The notes under the pieces are model-generated. The model had not been told where the DNA came from, made no database searches, and saw only the letters and a program-made list of their open reading frames with translations. From contig OZ024740.1 of the NCBI GenBank assembly GCA_964016885.1, positions 148,304,001 through 148,368,000 on the forward strand: a stretch of 64,000 nt of DNA. Reading direction: 5' to 3'. Numbering within the stretch: the first letter of the stretch is position 1; every line of letters starts with the position of its first letter. This stretch comes from Eledone cirrhosa. Taxonomy: Eukaryota. The translations under genes were made by a program, and so were the position numbers. Of this stretch, positions 1-13,290 are shown in pieces.

Positions 1-456
1 TTCGTATTTCTAAGGAACTACGGTATGTTTATAAATAAACAGCCGTAGCTATTGAAAAACACCAGCGGCTATCACCACCTGGCGGTTTCCAGCAGAATCA
101 ATTGTCTATGCGCATTTCAAACTGAACTGGTTCTTGTCAGGACGATCCCTCTCGCTCTTGCAACTGGTGGAGTTTGAAAACAGGCGAGAATATATAGTAA
201 ATGAGGTGATTAATCTCATTTGCATATGAAGCCATACATATATAGTAAACGATTAATCTCATTTGCATATGAAGCCGTAGAAGTTGGTTCAACTTAATAT
301 AGGATGGAATTAGAATTCAGCTTCGAACATAACTGTATACAAATATTTTTTTTGAGTTTCGTATATCTAAAGAAATTCGATATGTTTATTTCTTTAGAAA
401 TACGAAATTCAAATTCATATTTGTATACAGCTACGTTCGAAGCTAAATTCTAATTC
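1..456. mobile_element. Non-coding fold-back element abutting (TA)n, truncated by the window start
   Basis: 307-385 and 387-456 are imperfect reverse complements (gaattagaattcagcttcgaacataactgtatacaaatat vs atatttgtatacagctacgttcgaagctaaattctaattc). Positions 1-33 recur at about 358-390. (TA)n begins at 460. Confidence 0.6.
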
Positions 457-459
457 TGT

Positions 460-520
<61 letters not shown>
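460..520. repeat. (TA)n-(TG)n compound microsatellite
   Basis: Directly visible dinucleotide arrays. Confidence 0.95.
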
Positions 521-964
521 TGAGAGAGAGATATGTGTATATATCTGAGCCTGTGTGTCTGTATGTGCTTATATTTGCATGTGTAGAACCAACATTTGAT
601 CATGTGACAAATCGTGGTTGTAAATGGCTTATGTTAACACATTGAAGCGCCAATTAAATCTGAATTCTAATCTTACTACTGCGTGTTTTAGATTGGTACT
701 ATTATTTTTATCATCTCACCCTATCACGTTTTCAAATTTCTGGCTATTTTCAACGCTTTCAGCAACAGATTTCATACATCATCATATCATTATTATCTGT
801 TGTGTTTTTTTTTCCAGTTCATTTTAGTTTACTTTCTATAGTTTTCTTCTGTATTGCTACGTACAAAATGGTTTGCTGCATTTAATTATTTAATTACATA
901 CTTTACTTTCTGTGCTCAAACCTCAATACGGTTCTGTTTGTTTTCTATTATTCCGAGTCGATAA

Positions 965-1186
965 GGCGGTGGATTGGCAGTATAGGTAAAGCCTTGGTAA
1001 TGCTTTGCGGTATATTGTTACGGCCCTTTACGTTCTGAGTTCAAATGCCACCGAGGTTAGCATTTCTTTTCATCCTTACATGGTCGATAACATAAAGTAC
1101 CAATAACGCACTAGGGTCAATTTAATCGAATTTTCCCCTTCCCTTCAAAATACTGGCTTTGTGCCAAATGCAGAAACTATTATTTT
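965..1186 (+). mobile_element. tRNA-derived SINE (central domain resembles the MetaSINE domain)
   Basis: A-box-like tggcagtataggt, B-box-like gagttcaaatgcc, core tttcatccttac..ggtcgataa..taaagtacca and tail gaaactattatt. About 15 related copies occur in the window. Confidence 0.8.
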
Positions 1187-1563
1187 CAGTCGATAATACA
1201 CAGTTCATATCAGATAATGCGACTTATATTACTATAATCCATTCTAGATGCGAATAGATTAAGGAACACACATAGTCCTCAACCTATTTTCATATCTTCA
1301 GTGACTGTTTATTCGTATTTTTTGTTGACTATCGGATAGCATGTACAACCTTATCTACTAATAGAGCTGTGGGTTTGTCCCGCCTTATGTATCGAAGCTG
1401 GGTTGTTACATAACATCTTGTATGTGTCTGAAGAGGAAAGCATTGTTTTTCCGTGTCCTCTTCCTGTGTTTCCGTAGCTTATATATGTTTTTTCATTGGG
1501 TGCAATTTCCGCTCTCTCACACTCTTTGTATATACATACATACAAACATACATACACACACAC

Positions 1564-1603
<40 letters not shown>

Positions 1604-1607
<4 letters not shown>

Positions 1608-2151
1608 AGAGAAAAGAGGCAGGGCTCGCACGGCTGAGCTCCCGCCGTTCTAATACTGGTGGGTTATATCGGATCTAGCTGTCGAAACGGCCGGAGCTCA
1701 GCCGTCGGGTTCCTGACTCTTTTCCTATTACCCACTCTACTACCCGAAGTATTGAGTATTCTGGTGCGTTATGGTACACCTGGTATCTTACCACACCCTC
1801 TTTGTTTATTTATATAGATATCGGCTTATTATAACTTATTCCACTTTCTCTTCGATTACTTACATACATGAGCCATTGTCCTGTGTCCCAACTTCTATCG
1901 GTATGTTTACTTCGTTTTTTCCTCTTTTCCTTTTTTTCTTCTTCCTCTCTCTTCACTGTCACATCTTTCCCTCATGGCCTTTTGATGGATAAAAGGCCAT
2001 GGGCGCGCTATAGATCGATGTTCTGTTTTAAGCGCCGACACATCTATGATCTGTAGTAAACAGCTGATGAAGGGATACTTTTCTTCACTTGTTTACGTCC
2101 CGTTTACCTTCTAACACTTCGTTTTCAGTAACCACACAGCTTGCCTCTTCA

Positions 2152-2153
<2 letters not shown>
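1604..2153 (+). mobile_element. (TA)n-flanked non-coding insert with an inverted 5' cap (Penelope pLTR-like)
   Basis: (TA)n on both sides. 1611-1647 is an inverted copy of 1684-1724. 1675-1800 is homologous to 37005-37140(-). CTGATGA lies at 2064-2070. Confidence 0.6.
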
Positions 2154-4083
<1,930 letters not shown>

Positions 4084-4261
4084 AATATATCTACTAACAT
4101 AAGCGCACAGATGTACGCTAATGCCAGCAAATACACAGGTTATGTCATAGTACCTAGGTGGTTCAATGCAGGAGGATAGGATGCAGAACAATAATATAAA
4201 AGACGTAAAATAAGAAAATAAAAAAAAAATTTTTTTTAAAATTAACTTACTTAAATTTTCA

Positions 4262-4341
4262 CTCCAACTAATTAGTTTCTGCAATGGGATAAAGACAGTT
4301 ACGTAATGAACTGTTGAGAATTTCATTGCGTCATCAGGGAG
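4262..4341 (-). ncRNA. Type I hammerhead ribozyme motif (intact core)
   Basis: Minus strand reads ctcc-CTGATGA-c-gcaatg...cattgc-a-GAAA-ctaattag-TT-ggag. Stem I ctcc/ggag, stem II gcaatg/cattgc, palindromic stem III, GUU cleavage triplet. Confidence 0.7.
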
Positions 4342-4940
4342 ATCTATTCTCAGCCAAGTCTCCAGGCAATGCGCGGACACTGGGGACTCATATAAAAATA
4401 ATAATAATTCGGTAAATGGAACAGCTATCGAGGACTGGATTCCAGGCACTGAAAATTCTCACTGCCACCGGTTTAAGTAAGTAAGTTAATTTAAAAAAAA
4501 ATTTTTTTTAAAGTTTTCTTATTTTACGTCTTTTATATTATTGTTCTGCATCCTCCTGCATTGAACCACCTAGGTACTATGACATAACCTGTGTATTTGC
4601 TGGCATTAGCGTACATCTGTGCGCTTATGTTAGTAGATATATTAAATTATCTATATTTATCTCCAAATCACTGATTTGTCGAGCAAACATGCCAAAACCA
4701 CTTCTAAATTTTTTTTGGGGGGTGTTAGTAGGCGTCTGTCATCTTACCATCCCATTCCTACTGACTAGCCTCTGTGTCACGTGATTGATTCTTTAGAATC
4801 GACCATATGACCAGTGGCAGTGAGAATTTTCAGTGCCTGGAATCCAGTCCTCGATAGCTGTTCCATTTACCGAATTATTATTATTTTTATATGAGTCCCC
4901 GGTGTCCGCGCATTGCCTGGAGACTTGGCTGAGAATAGAT

Positions 4941-5020
4941 CTCCCCGATGACGCAATGAAATTCTCAACAGTTCATTACGTAACTGTCTTTATCCCATTG
5001 CAGAAACTAATTAGTTGGAG
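4941..5020 (+). ncRNA. Type I hammerhead ribozyme motif, core mutated (CCGATGA)
   Basis: Identical to 5290-5369 except T>C at 4946 in the CUGAUGA box. Confidence 0.55.
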
Positions 5021-5289
5021 TGAAAATTTAAGTAAGTTAATTTAAAAAAAATTTTTTTTTTAAATTTTCTTATTTTACGTCTTTTATATTATTGTTCTGC
5101 ATCCTCCTGCATTGAACCACCTAGGTACTATGACATAACCTGTGTATTTGCTGGCATTAGCGTACATCTGTGCGCTTATGTTAGTAGATATATTAAATTA
5201 TCTATATTTATCTCCAAATCACTGATTTGTCGAGCAAACCTGCCAAAACCACTTCTAAATATTTTTTGGGGGGTTGGCTGAGAATAGAT

Positions 5290-5369
5290 CTCCCTGATGA
5301 CGCAATGAAATTCTCAACAGTTCATTACGTAACTGTCTTTATCCCATTGCAGAAACTAATTAGTTGGAG
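5290..5369 (+). ncRNA. Type I hammerhead ribozyme motif (intact core)
   Basis: ctcc CTGATGA c gcaatg [37-nt loop containing an acagtt/aactgt hairpin] cattgc a GAAA ctaattag TT ggag. Predicted cleavage after 5365. Confidence 0.7.
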
Positions 5370-5428
5370 TGAAAATTTAAGTAAGTTAATTTAAAAAATT
5401 TTTTTTTTTTAAATTTTCTTATTTTACG

Positions 5429-5479
<51 letters not shown>

Positions 5480-5485
<6 letters not shown>

Positions 5486-6109
5486 TATGTACACGTACAT
5501 ACATATATGTATACAGACGAACAGTAGTATGTATATATATATACATACATGCACACATATATATATGTACGTATGGATTCACCGAACATTTATTATAATG
5601 CTCGGTGTGTTTGTAAACAAACATCCCGTATTAAGCCGTAGTGTCTAGCAACCATCGTTGCTCGTTTGTTCAACACTGACAAAGGAACGCTGTACTAGTT
5701 TCAAGCTTATTAACTATCGTCAGCAACGTATACCTTCCTTCCAGATTGTTGAACGTATATACTTACCTTATGCATATTAACGGCTGTCTAGCCCAATTTG
5801 CACATCGAGTGGGTTAATCGGTCGGGTGCACCGAAAACGATAAACGGAAAAAATGAAACGAAATTTCATTTCCCACTCTTAGTACGGCTGTTACTTAAAT
5901 ATAAGTATGTACACGTACATACATATATGTATACAGACGTACAGTAGTATGTATATATATATATATATATATACATACATGCACACATATATATATGTAC
6001 GTATGGATATATATATATATGTATACATATATGTATGTACGTATACATACTTATATTTAAGTAACAGCTGTACTAAGAGTGGGAAATGAAATTTCGTTTC
6101 ATTTATTCC

Positions 6110-6112
<3 letters not shown>
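5480..6112 (-). mobile_element. Second non-autonomous hammerhead-bearing element with terminal redundancy and inverted cap
   Basis: 5480-5578 repeats at about 5900-6008 (period about 420 bp). About 6020-6112 is an inverted copy of about 5843-5933. (TA)n on both sides. Hammerhead at 5687-5729. Confidence 0.75.
5687..5729 (-). ncRNA. Minimal type I hammerhead ribozyme
   Basis: Minus strand reads acgttg CTGACGA t-agtt-aata-agct-t GAAA ctag TA cagcgt. 6-bp stem I (one G-U), short stem II, palindromic ACTAGT stem III, GUA triplet. Confidence 0.75.
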
Positions 6113-6149
<37 letters not shown>

Positions 6150-6199
6150 GGTGTGGGGGTGACAGCGCTGAAATAGCGTACGCGCGTCGCTCACACACA

Positions 6200-6235
<36 letters not shown>

Positions 6236-6239
<4 letters not shown>

Positions 6240-6336
6240 GTGTCCCCTATAAATGTATACACATTTCAACAGCTTTCTCCGAAATATTGTCTGTACAGGT
6301 AATCAAAGTATGTATACATTTTGGGGGGACACCCTG
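6236..6336. mobile_element. About 100-bp Tc1/mariner-type MITE
   Basis: TIRs ggtgtcccctataaatgtatac / gtatacattttggggggacaccctg|TA (CAGGGTG-type end with TA flank). Confidence 0.65.
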
Positions 6337-7854
6337 TATATATAACACAGGATAGTCCTGAAATAAGTGCCAAGTCAGACTTGAATTAGCAGAACTATGA
6401 TTAAAGGCGTTCAAGCTGAGTTCATCTGAGCTTTTTAAGACATAATGTATCCAGGTATACGTAATCCTATCCATCCTTCCTCTTTTAAAGCCAGGGATGT
6501 CAGATATGATGGAAATTTGGCTGCTATTTTCGTCAAGTCGAGAGAATGTGGAGCGACTACCTCGATGTTTCCATACTTATATTTTAAGATTAAAGCATTT
6601 TAACTGTGCTGTAGATCAAATGTGGCGGGACATTTTAACTGGGATAGGTATGAATGATATAACATCTACTGCTCGTGTAATGATATAACATCTACTCCTT
6701 GTGTAATGATATAACATATGTATGCCTCGTGTAAAAAATCAGGACATTAGATATGATTTCAAGTCGGCTGAGTCATTTTAATGCGATTATTTCGATGTTT
6801 CATATTTCTCCTTTGAAACCTCACCGGGGATGACTTTGCCATAATCTCATCTGACATAGATGTTTTTTAAGAGAAGGGTGGAAGCTTCGAGTTTCAGGTA
6901 CCTTATAGTCAAGAAACGAAAACACTAATTGAAAAAATATGCTTATTTTCAGTTTGATACGCTTCGAACAACAGATGTTTTTGTGCTCTTGAAATTCCAC
7001 ATACATTGAACAGTATATTATAAACAACAGTAGAGTGCTGGATTAAATGACTCGCGGCATTTAATTGTGATATTTTAATTGTCAGTTTCAATTTAAGCGG
7101 AGCCAACCTGATCTTCCATCCCTCCAAGGCCAATGACATAAAGATTAGGAATGTACTGCAGTTGACTCAATTGACTATAACTTTCTCCTACAAATGTTTG
7201 GTTTTGTACCAATTATTTAAATAAATACTGTAGGTATTGATGTGTATGTAGACCTAGCTGAGTGGTTAAGAAGACTACTTCACACGTTCAGTTGATTGAA
7301 CAATTGCTCATCGTCGAAACTGACAGAGGATCCATCAAGTGTCGATATACTGAACAGCATACGCAATAATTTCTCAATGAATTGAAAATTGCCTCATTTT
7401 AGAAAGAAAAAAACAACAACAATAAATACAAGCATAGCAGCAATTGGTAATCATGCACAAAGAAAGGGCGAATTAATTTCATAGAATTAAAAATTGATTT
7501 CATATGCTTAGGAGGAATTCTGATCGCTGTAAGTAGTAACGGTGACAATTACGAAAATGTAACTTCTTCTTTGTGTAAAAATGTATATCCACTGAGGTGA
7601 GCAAGCTGAAGAGTTCCTGCTAACAAAGCAGGGAAATTAATAATTTTTCATGAAGTTAATTCCTAATTTTTGAAATTGTCTTGCCTTTTCTTTGTGAGTC
7701 GCTAAAAACCGCCACTAGGTTTTTCCTTCCTTCAACTGCGTACATCGATCAGTAGATCACCACCTACTTTGTTTGCATACTGTCAGGCCTACGTGATCTA
7801 TTTCCCTCACTTTATTTGTTTAATAATTAATATTACATTTACATCAGAGGGTGG

Positions 7855-8000
7855 TGGCTATTGGTAGAATTAGTAGAAAGTCAAATAAAATGCCATTGCG
7901 GTAAGTTCCGAGCTTATATTCCGTCGAGGTGAGCTTTGCCTAGCAACCATCCGGGGCCGATAAAATGAAGTACCAGTCAACTCCTGGGATTGATTTAATA
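7855..8000 (+). mobile_element. SINE copy (degenerate)
   Basis: ttggtagaattagtaga...gccgataaaatgaagtaccagtcaa matches the family core. Confidence 0.6.
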
Positions 8001-10824
8001 TTCGTTCCAATTCGTTGATTTCTTACTCTCTCATACAGAACAATATCTAAGACAACCGAATTGGGTGATTATAACAGCGGTGTTAATAAAGCGGTGTTTT
8101 AAACTGGGAATTGAAATCAGATTGCATATTTTTTGTGTATCTGGACATTTTCTTACAAAACATTGGCTTATATTCAAATAGAGAAATAATAAATAAAAAG
8201 CTTAATGGCTAATCAAAATAACAGATTTGTAAATATTGTCACATTTTAAAAGTTGTTTATGTTCTTAAGTAAATAAATGAAAGAGTAAAGAATACATTTT
8301 AAATTCCGTCCTCGTTACCTCCTCTTTTTGCATTTCACCGAGATGTTCTGTCTCTTTTAATTCTATATACCATTCTTCTTTACCCCAAGCATGATAGAAT
8401 GTCACACTACCGATCGAAAGGAAGCCTGATGGTAATCTGTCACTATGGACAAGATACTTAAAGCTTACTGTATAAATTACCTAGCAGTAAGTATATAAAC
8501 GACAAGCATGACTTCCTTTTCTTATGTGATTGTTTGCTTTATAATTAATGAATATTCTATTAGTTTACATTAACATGGGAATATATCCCAGTTAAAATGG
8601 TGAGTCGAAAAGTATGTTTAATCAATTGAAATTATAAAGTAAGAAAATGAAAAGTCGTAATGAAAATTAATCTGGAAAAATGGTAAAAATTTCTTGAAAT
8701 TTCAATCAACTTATAACTAAATAAAAATATGAACTATGTTTCGTCTTTGTAGTTTGACGATAATTCTAATACTATATCTGTTAGTCGTTCTACGTTCTTG
8801 GCATCTGTGAGTGGACCATTCTTTGCTGAGGTGGTCTAAGAAAATCGAAATACGTCCGGAGTGGCTAGCATAGTTTCCAGATCAGGCGCATACTCAATGC
8901 ATGCATCCATTTAATGTGTGGTAGTTTGAAATTTTGAGTTATCCCTCTTGTTCCATCTGAGATAAACTTTCTTCAACGCAAACGATTTTTTCCTCATTAC
9001 AAATATAATTTAATTCAGTTAAACACTAATACCAGTTTACTACCTTAAATATTGGAGACTGCAATTAACTATAGGTTATTCATGCATAAGGCACTTCTTT
9101 GGAATTTCCAAATTTTCAAATAAATTCCACGCAAAACACTATATTAGTCGCCCTTAGATGTTAGGAACTGTGAGTTGTCTATGGTAATGTCTAATGAAGA
9201 CAAAACATATCTGGAATTATCACGTTAGTTGTCAAAGATCAAACTCTTTATATCTTCATTTAACCTTTGGTCGACTGAAATTTCGGATATTCTCTCCTTT
9301 GCCCTCTTTAAGATTAATTTTCCTCAAACGATAATGAATTACCTTCTTATTACGGTTATAAGTTCAATAGATTAAATATTATTTTTGGCTCATCACATTA
9401 AGTAAGACAGTATGCATTAAACTATATTATATTTCATTACTGAGTAAAAATCCTTCCTTCAGCGTCAGATCAGATTCCTTCAATTGTGTCAACCCGTTGC
9501 AGACTATATGTGGCGGCGAATGACGTGGCGCGATCTACCAAACGTTAAATCCATACGCTCACCCATCCACCATTTGGTAAATATCTTACTCAACTACGGT
9601 ATTATAGAGAATAGACGGTGGCATAGATGTAGTTAAAAACACCATAAGTTTAACTACTATTCTTCTCATGTTACAACAAATCTCCTGAGATGGAAATCTG
9701 TCGAGCTAGAAAACGTTGATCATAATTGTCAAATTCTGGGAATAATTTTATAATTATTCCCAATGGAAATTATAGAAATTTTCATTTAAAAGTCACGCCA
9801 CCAAAATATTTTCATATACCTGTAAGAATATATAGAAATATAACATATTAATGTTAAAAGCTTAATCAACAATTATTTTGTTTCTCCGACTAGAGTTTGT
9901 TGCTGTAAATGTTATCGGTCACATAACATTTAAACAGTCAGAAGGTTGAGGACATGGTACTGAGAATTAAAGAGTATAGATATATTATTGATAGTTTTAC
10001 AGTATAGAGCCAAGGTTCAGACTATAAAGAATGTTTATTGCTTTGCCATGTAACATTTCAAACAAAAATATTACAGCTTTATTTTGACAACGCCCGAAGT
10101 ACATTTAAATACACTTTCTACTGAATATTTTGAAAGCTACCATTATATAGCTGCAGGCAAGGTATATAAAAATGTCTTGAAATCTATTTTATTGAAAGAA
10201 TTGAAGCACAAAGACTTAGGTGGAGTATATAATTCACGACTTCAAGAATGTTTATCACTTGATCGTCAGTCAGAAAGCATTATTATTTCGGCAGTGTTGT
10301 TGTGTAAGAGATAAGCTCTCAGAAGTTTGAGATCGCAACCCAGTTTTGATTTGGGGTTAAAGCCGTCTGCCTTTACTTCCATTCCTAGCATTCGCCTGGA
10401 AAGAATGGATATCACAGTTTCTCTAGAATTTAAGCATTATGAGCATAGTCAAATGAATTAAGAATTACCATATGAAGCAAATATATTTGATTCTATTCGA
10501 AACAATTGGATATATTGTGAAGCTATCATATATTGATGATGTATATCGACGATTTTGTTATGTATAGTCTTTATCAAACTTTATAAAAAGAATATCTTAG
10601 CATACAAAAGTGTGTAAAATTGACCTTTAAAATATCGTGTTATTTATAACAGAGCAACGGAAACGTCATCATTAAGTCTACTAGATCTAAACTGTCAAAT
10701 CTTCAGTAAAAGAATTGGGAAACAATGTAGGGTACATATTTCTAAAAGATCTGACCTAAAAGCGTCGTTTTGGCCAGATTGTTGGAGTATCGGACAAATG
10801 TCACTAGGAAATTGTTCCAGCATT

Positions 10825-10912
10825 CCGAGTTCAAATCCTATGAATATCAACGTTGCTTTCGATTTTATTACGATCGATAAATAAAGTACCAGTCAAGTAC
10901 TGGGTCGATTCT
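10825..10912 (+). mobile_element. SINE fragment
   Basis: gagttcaaatcc ... gatcgataaataaagtaccagtcaagtactgggtcgat. Confidence 0.55.
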
Positions 10913-11989
10913 GCTCTCTCACAGACGCGGCTACGCTTTGAGAGGTTATAGGTATGTGGGTTAGCACTCAAAGCGACTCTTTCCTTCAAGAAATAGACAC
11001 GGGTTGAGTGAGGGACCAGTAATACCTTTTCATCTAGTAAGCTCCAAAGAAAGTCGAAAGCACCAGAGAACATAGCGGGTGCGGGGAGACTGATGATGTA
11101 TTGTACGGTATGGAACGATTAAAAGGAAATAAAACATATCTCTGACGTACAGTACTTTATGGGGATCCTTGGTTTACTTTTATTTTTTTATTTGATAATG
11201 TGATAGCGATCCAACGGCTATCTTTGATCCTTTCTTTATTGGAAGAGTTGTTTCAGCATCATATGAAATGCGTTGCAGTTTTCGCTCCAGGTTTCTGAAA
11301 CCTGAGTTCAAGTCCCGCTGAAGATATTTTTATTTGTCATGCTTTGTGGAACGATAAAATATCATTCCTTCTCTTCAGTTTCTTTCAATAATAATAGTAG
11401 AAATTGTAGTAATTGTAGTAGTAGTAGTAGATATGAGAATTGCAGTATATCTAGTAAATGAATTTCTGCAAGGTAGATATATTTTCATGTGAAGCGGTGT
11501 GAGGTAGAGCTGAAGCCGGCTGTAGTTTACGCCATTACTCTACACAGCGCACAACAACCAATACTCACGATAAAAGTATTTATTTAGACTAATGAGTTGT
11601 AACTTTATAACTTCTATGTAGTGTCAATTATCAGAAAAAAATGAAATAAAGAATAGATAAATAAAGACAAAATAATAATTTCCCATTCCTCTTAGACCTT
11701 GTATTATGTCTCCCAAGAGAGCTATAGCCCGCCGAGAAACACTGATATAGACGACACCAGTGTATATACTGTCATTGGCATCATTCTGAATAAATGTGTT
11801 CTAAAGTATAGGTTAATGTCACGTCTCTTTACTCAGTAAACATACAGTCTAGATAGTAAGCGTGTAAGTAACTATGGATATAAGTATCAAGCCAACCAAC
11901 CAGTACACCAGCCAGCCAGCCAGCCCCTTTCCCCGAAGAATAAAACAAAACAAATTAGCCAGTGAACCCCTTCCTCTGAATAAACCCAA

Positions 11990-12175
11990 TCGGCTCGACC
12001 TACTAGAAATAAAAGGCAATTTTCCGTCAAACCTCACAGTCTGATTTCCATAAAGTAGGAAGGACAAATTAAATAATGTAGTGCTATCTACATCATTACT
12101 AAAATCGAAAGAGTAATGCTAGATAACTTTGCTCATTGGTCCGCTCAGGCAACGCTGACCTTAGGCTAAACAATG
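11990..12175 (+). repeat. Dispersed repeat fragment (second copy at about 12670-12795)
   Basis: Both copies share tactagaaata...ggtcc...ggctaaac. Family not identified. Confidence 0.35.
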
Positions 12176-12365
12176 GTTTCTGACATAGGCACAAAGCCAG
12201 AAATATTTTTTGGGGAGGAGGGGAAAAACGGCGCTTGACTGGTACTTTATTTTATCGACCATAGAAGGATAAAAGGCAAAATTGACCTCGGTGGGATTTG
12301 AACTTAGAACGTAAATATTAATAACTGAATTCCACAAAGCATTCTGCCCGACGTCCTAACGATTC
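12176..12365 (-). mobile_element. SINE copy
   Basis: actggtactttattttatcgacc...ggatttgaact on the + strand is the reverse complement of the family core and B box. Confidence 0.75.
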
Positions 12366-13067
12366 TAATCCTCATTTGGGACCTGAGTGTAATCAATAAT
12401 GAGACAGCCATCAAAGAAAAAAATAGAAACAAACCAACTAGCCAACCAACAAATAATCCATCCATCCAGTCCACGAGTTTTCTTTAAATCCTCAAAACGT
12501 ATCTCGCATGTGCTTACATTTCTGTCTCCGAAGCTTCAAACAGAGGAGAGTTAAATCTGCCTTTCTCTGGGATGCTTGTCTACGAAGGTGTTTCCACTAC
12601 TCATAGCTTTACTATTTATCGTAACTACTTACACACTCTCAAGTGAACAAAGTATTCTCTGTGTAATCTCTCGTCTTACTAGAAATAGCAGCAACACATT
12701 CCCAATGGAGCCACCCTACTCCTAAAAATAAGGAATTCTCATGCTTGAATTGTTGGTCCACCCGGACATTGTGGACCCGGGGCTAAACTACAACTCAGAG
12801 CTTGGTTGACTCGACTGTCTTTGTAATGAAAACAACAAAGTGCTGTTGACGGGATAGGAACCAACGGTACACCCGTTGCTTTATAAAGTATTCTCTTGGT
12901 TCGGCTTTACATTTTATAACTAAATTAATTCGGGTAGATTTAATCAGATGCAAAGTTCGAGTAAAGCAGATGTGGTAAATTAGACATTGCTTCGGTCATA
13001 TTTTAAAATAAACTTCTTAGTAATAAAATCAGGACCTTTATAAGAGAGGAAATAAGTGGATACGTAG

Positions 13068-13290
13068 ATGCGGGTCTCGCTCTCCGACAGGTTTGCGGTC
13101 GTGCCTTTGGCAGTGGAGACTTCTGGGGTCCTTGGCCGTAGGGCTACCTCTCTACTCCCCATCATAGGCGCTGAGCTGGCCAGCCGCAGGTGTGAGCCTC
13201 GCGAGTTGGAATGGCTCTTCCAGCGCATCTCCCTTACCATCCTCCAGGGAAACGCCTTCTCCATTCTGTCCACCAGGGCTGTGGGAAGGC
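13068..13290 (+). mobile_element. 3'-terminal fragment of a CRE-like RLE non-LTR retrotransposon
   Basis: GC-rich patch encoding FAVVPLAVETSGVLG...WLFQRISLTILQGNAFSI, matching the P-x-x-x-E-T-x-G ... QRIS-x(5)-GNA C-terminal pattern of CRE-clade RLE ORFs. Confidence 0.55.

Noticed and set aside
1424-1460. CTGAAGA followed by a ggaaa/tttcc hairpin
   Set aside because: No GAAA or stem III after the hairpin, so it is not a hammerhead.
9600-10620. Microsatellite-free stretch that looks like decayed coding sequence
   Set aside because: Only short ORFs and no recognisable motif. A tBLASTx search would be needed.
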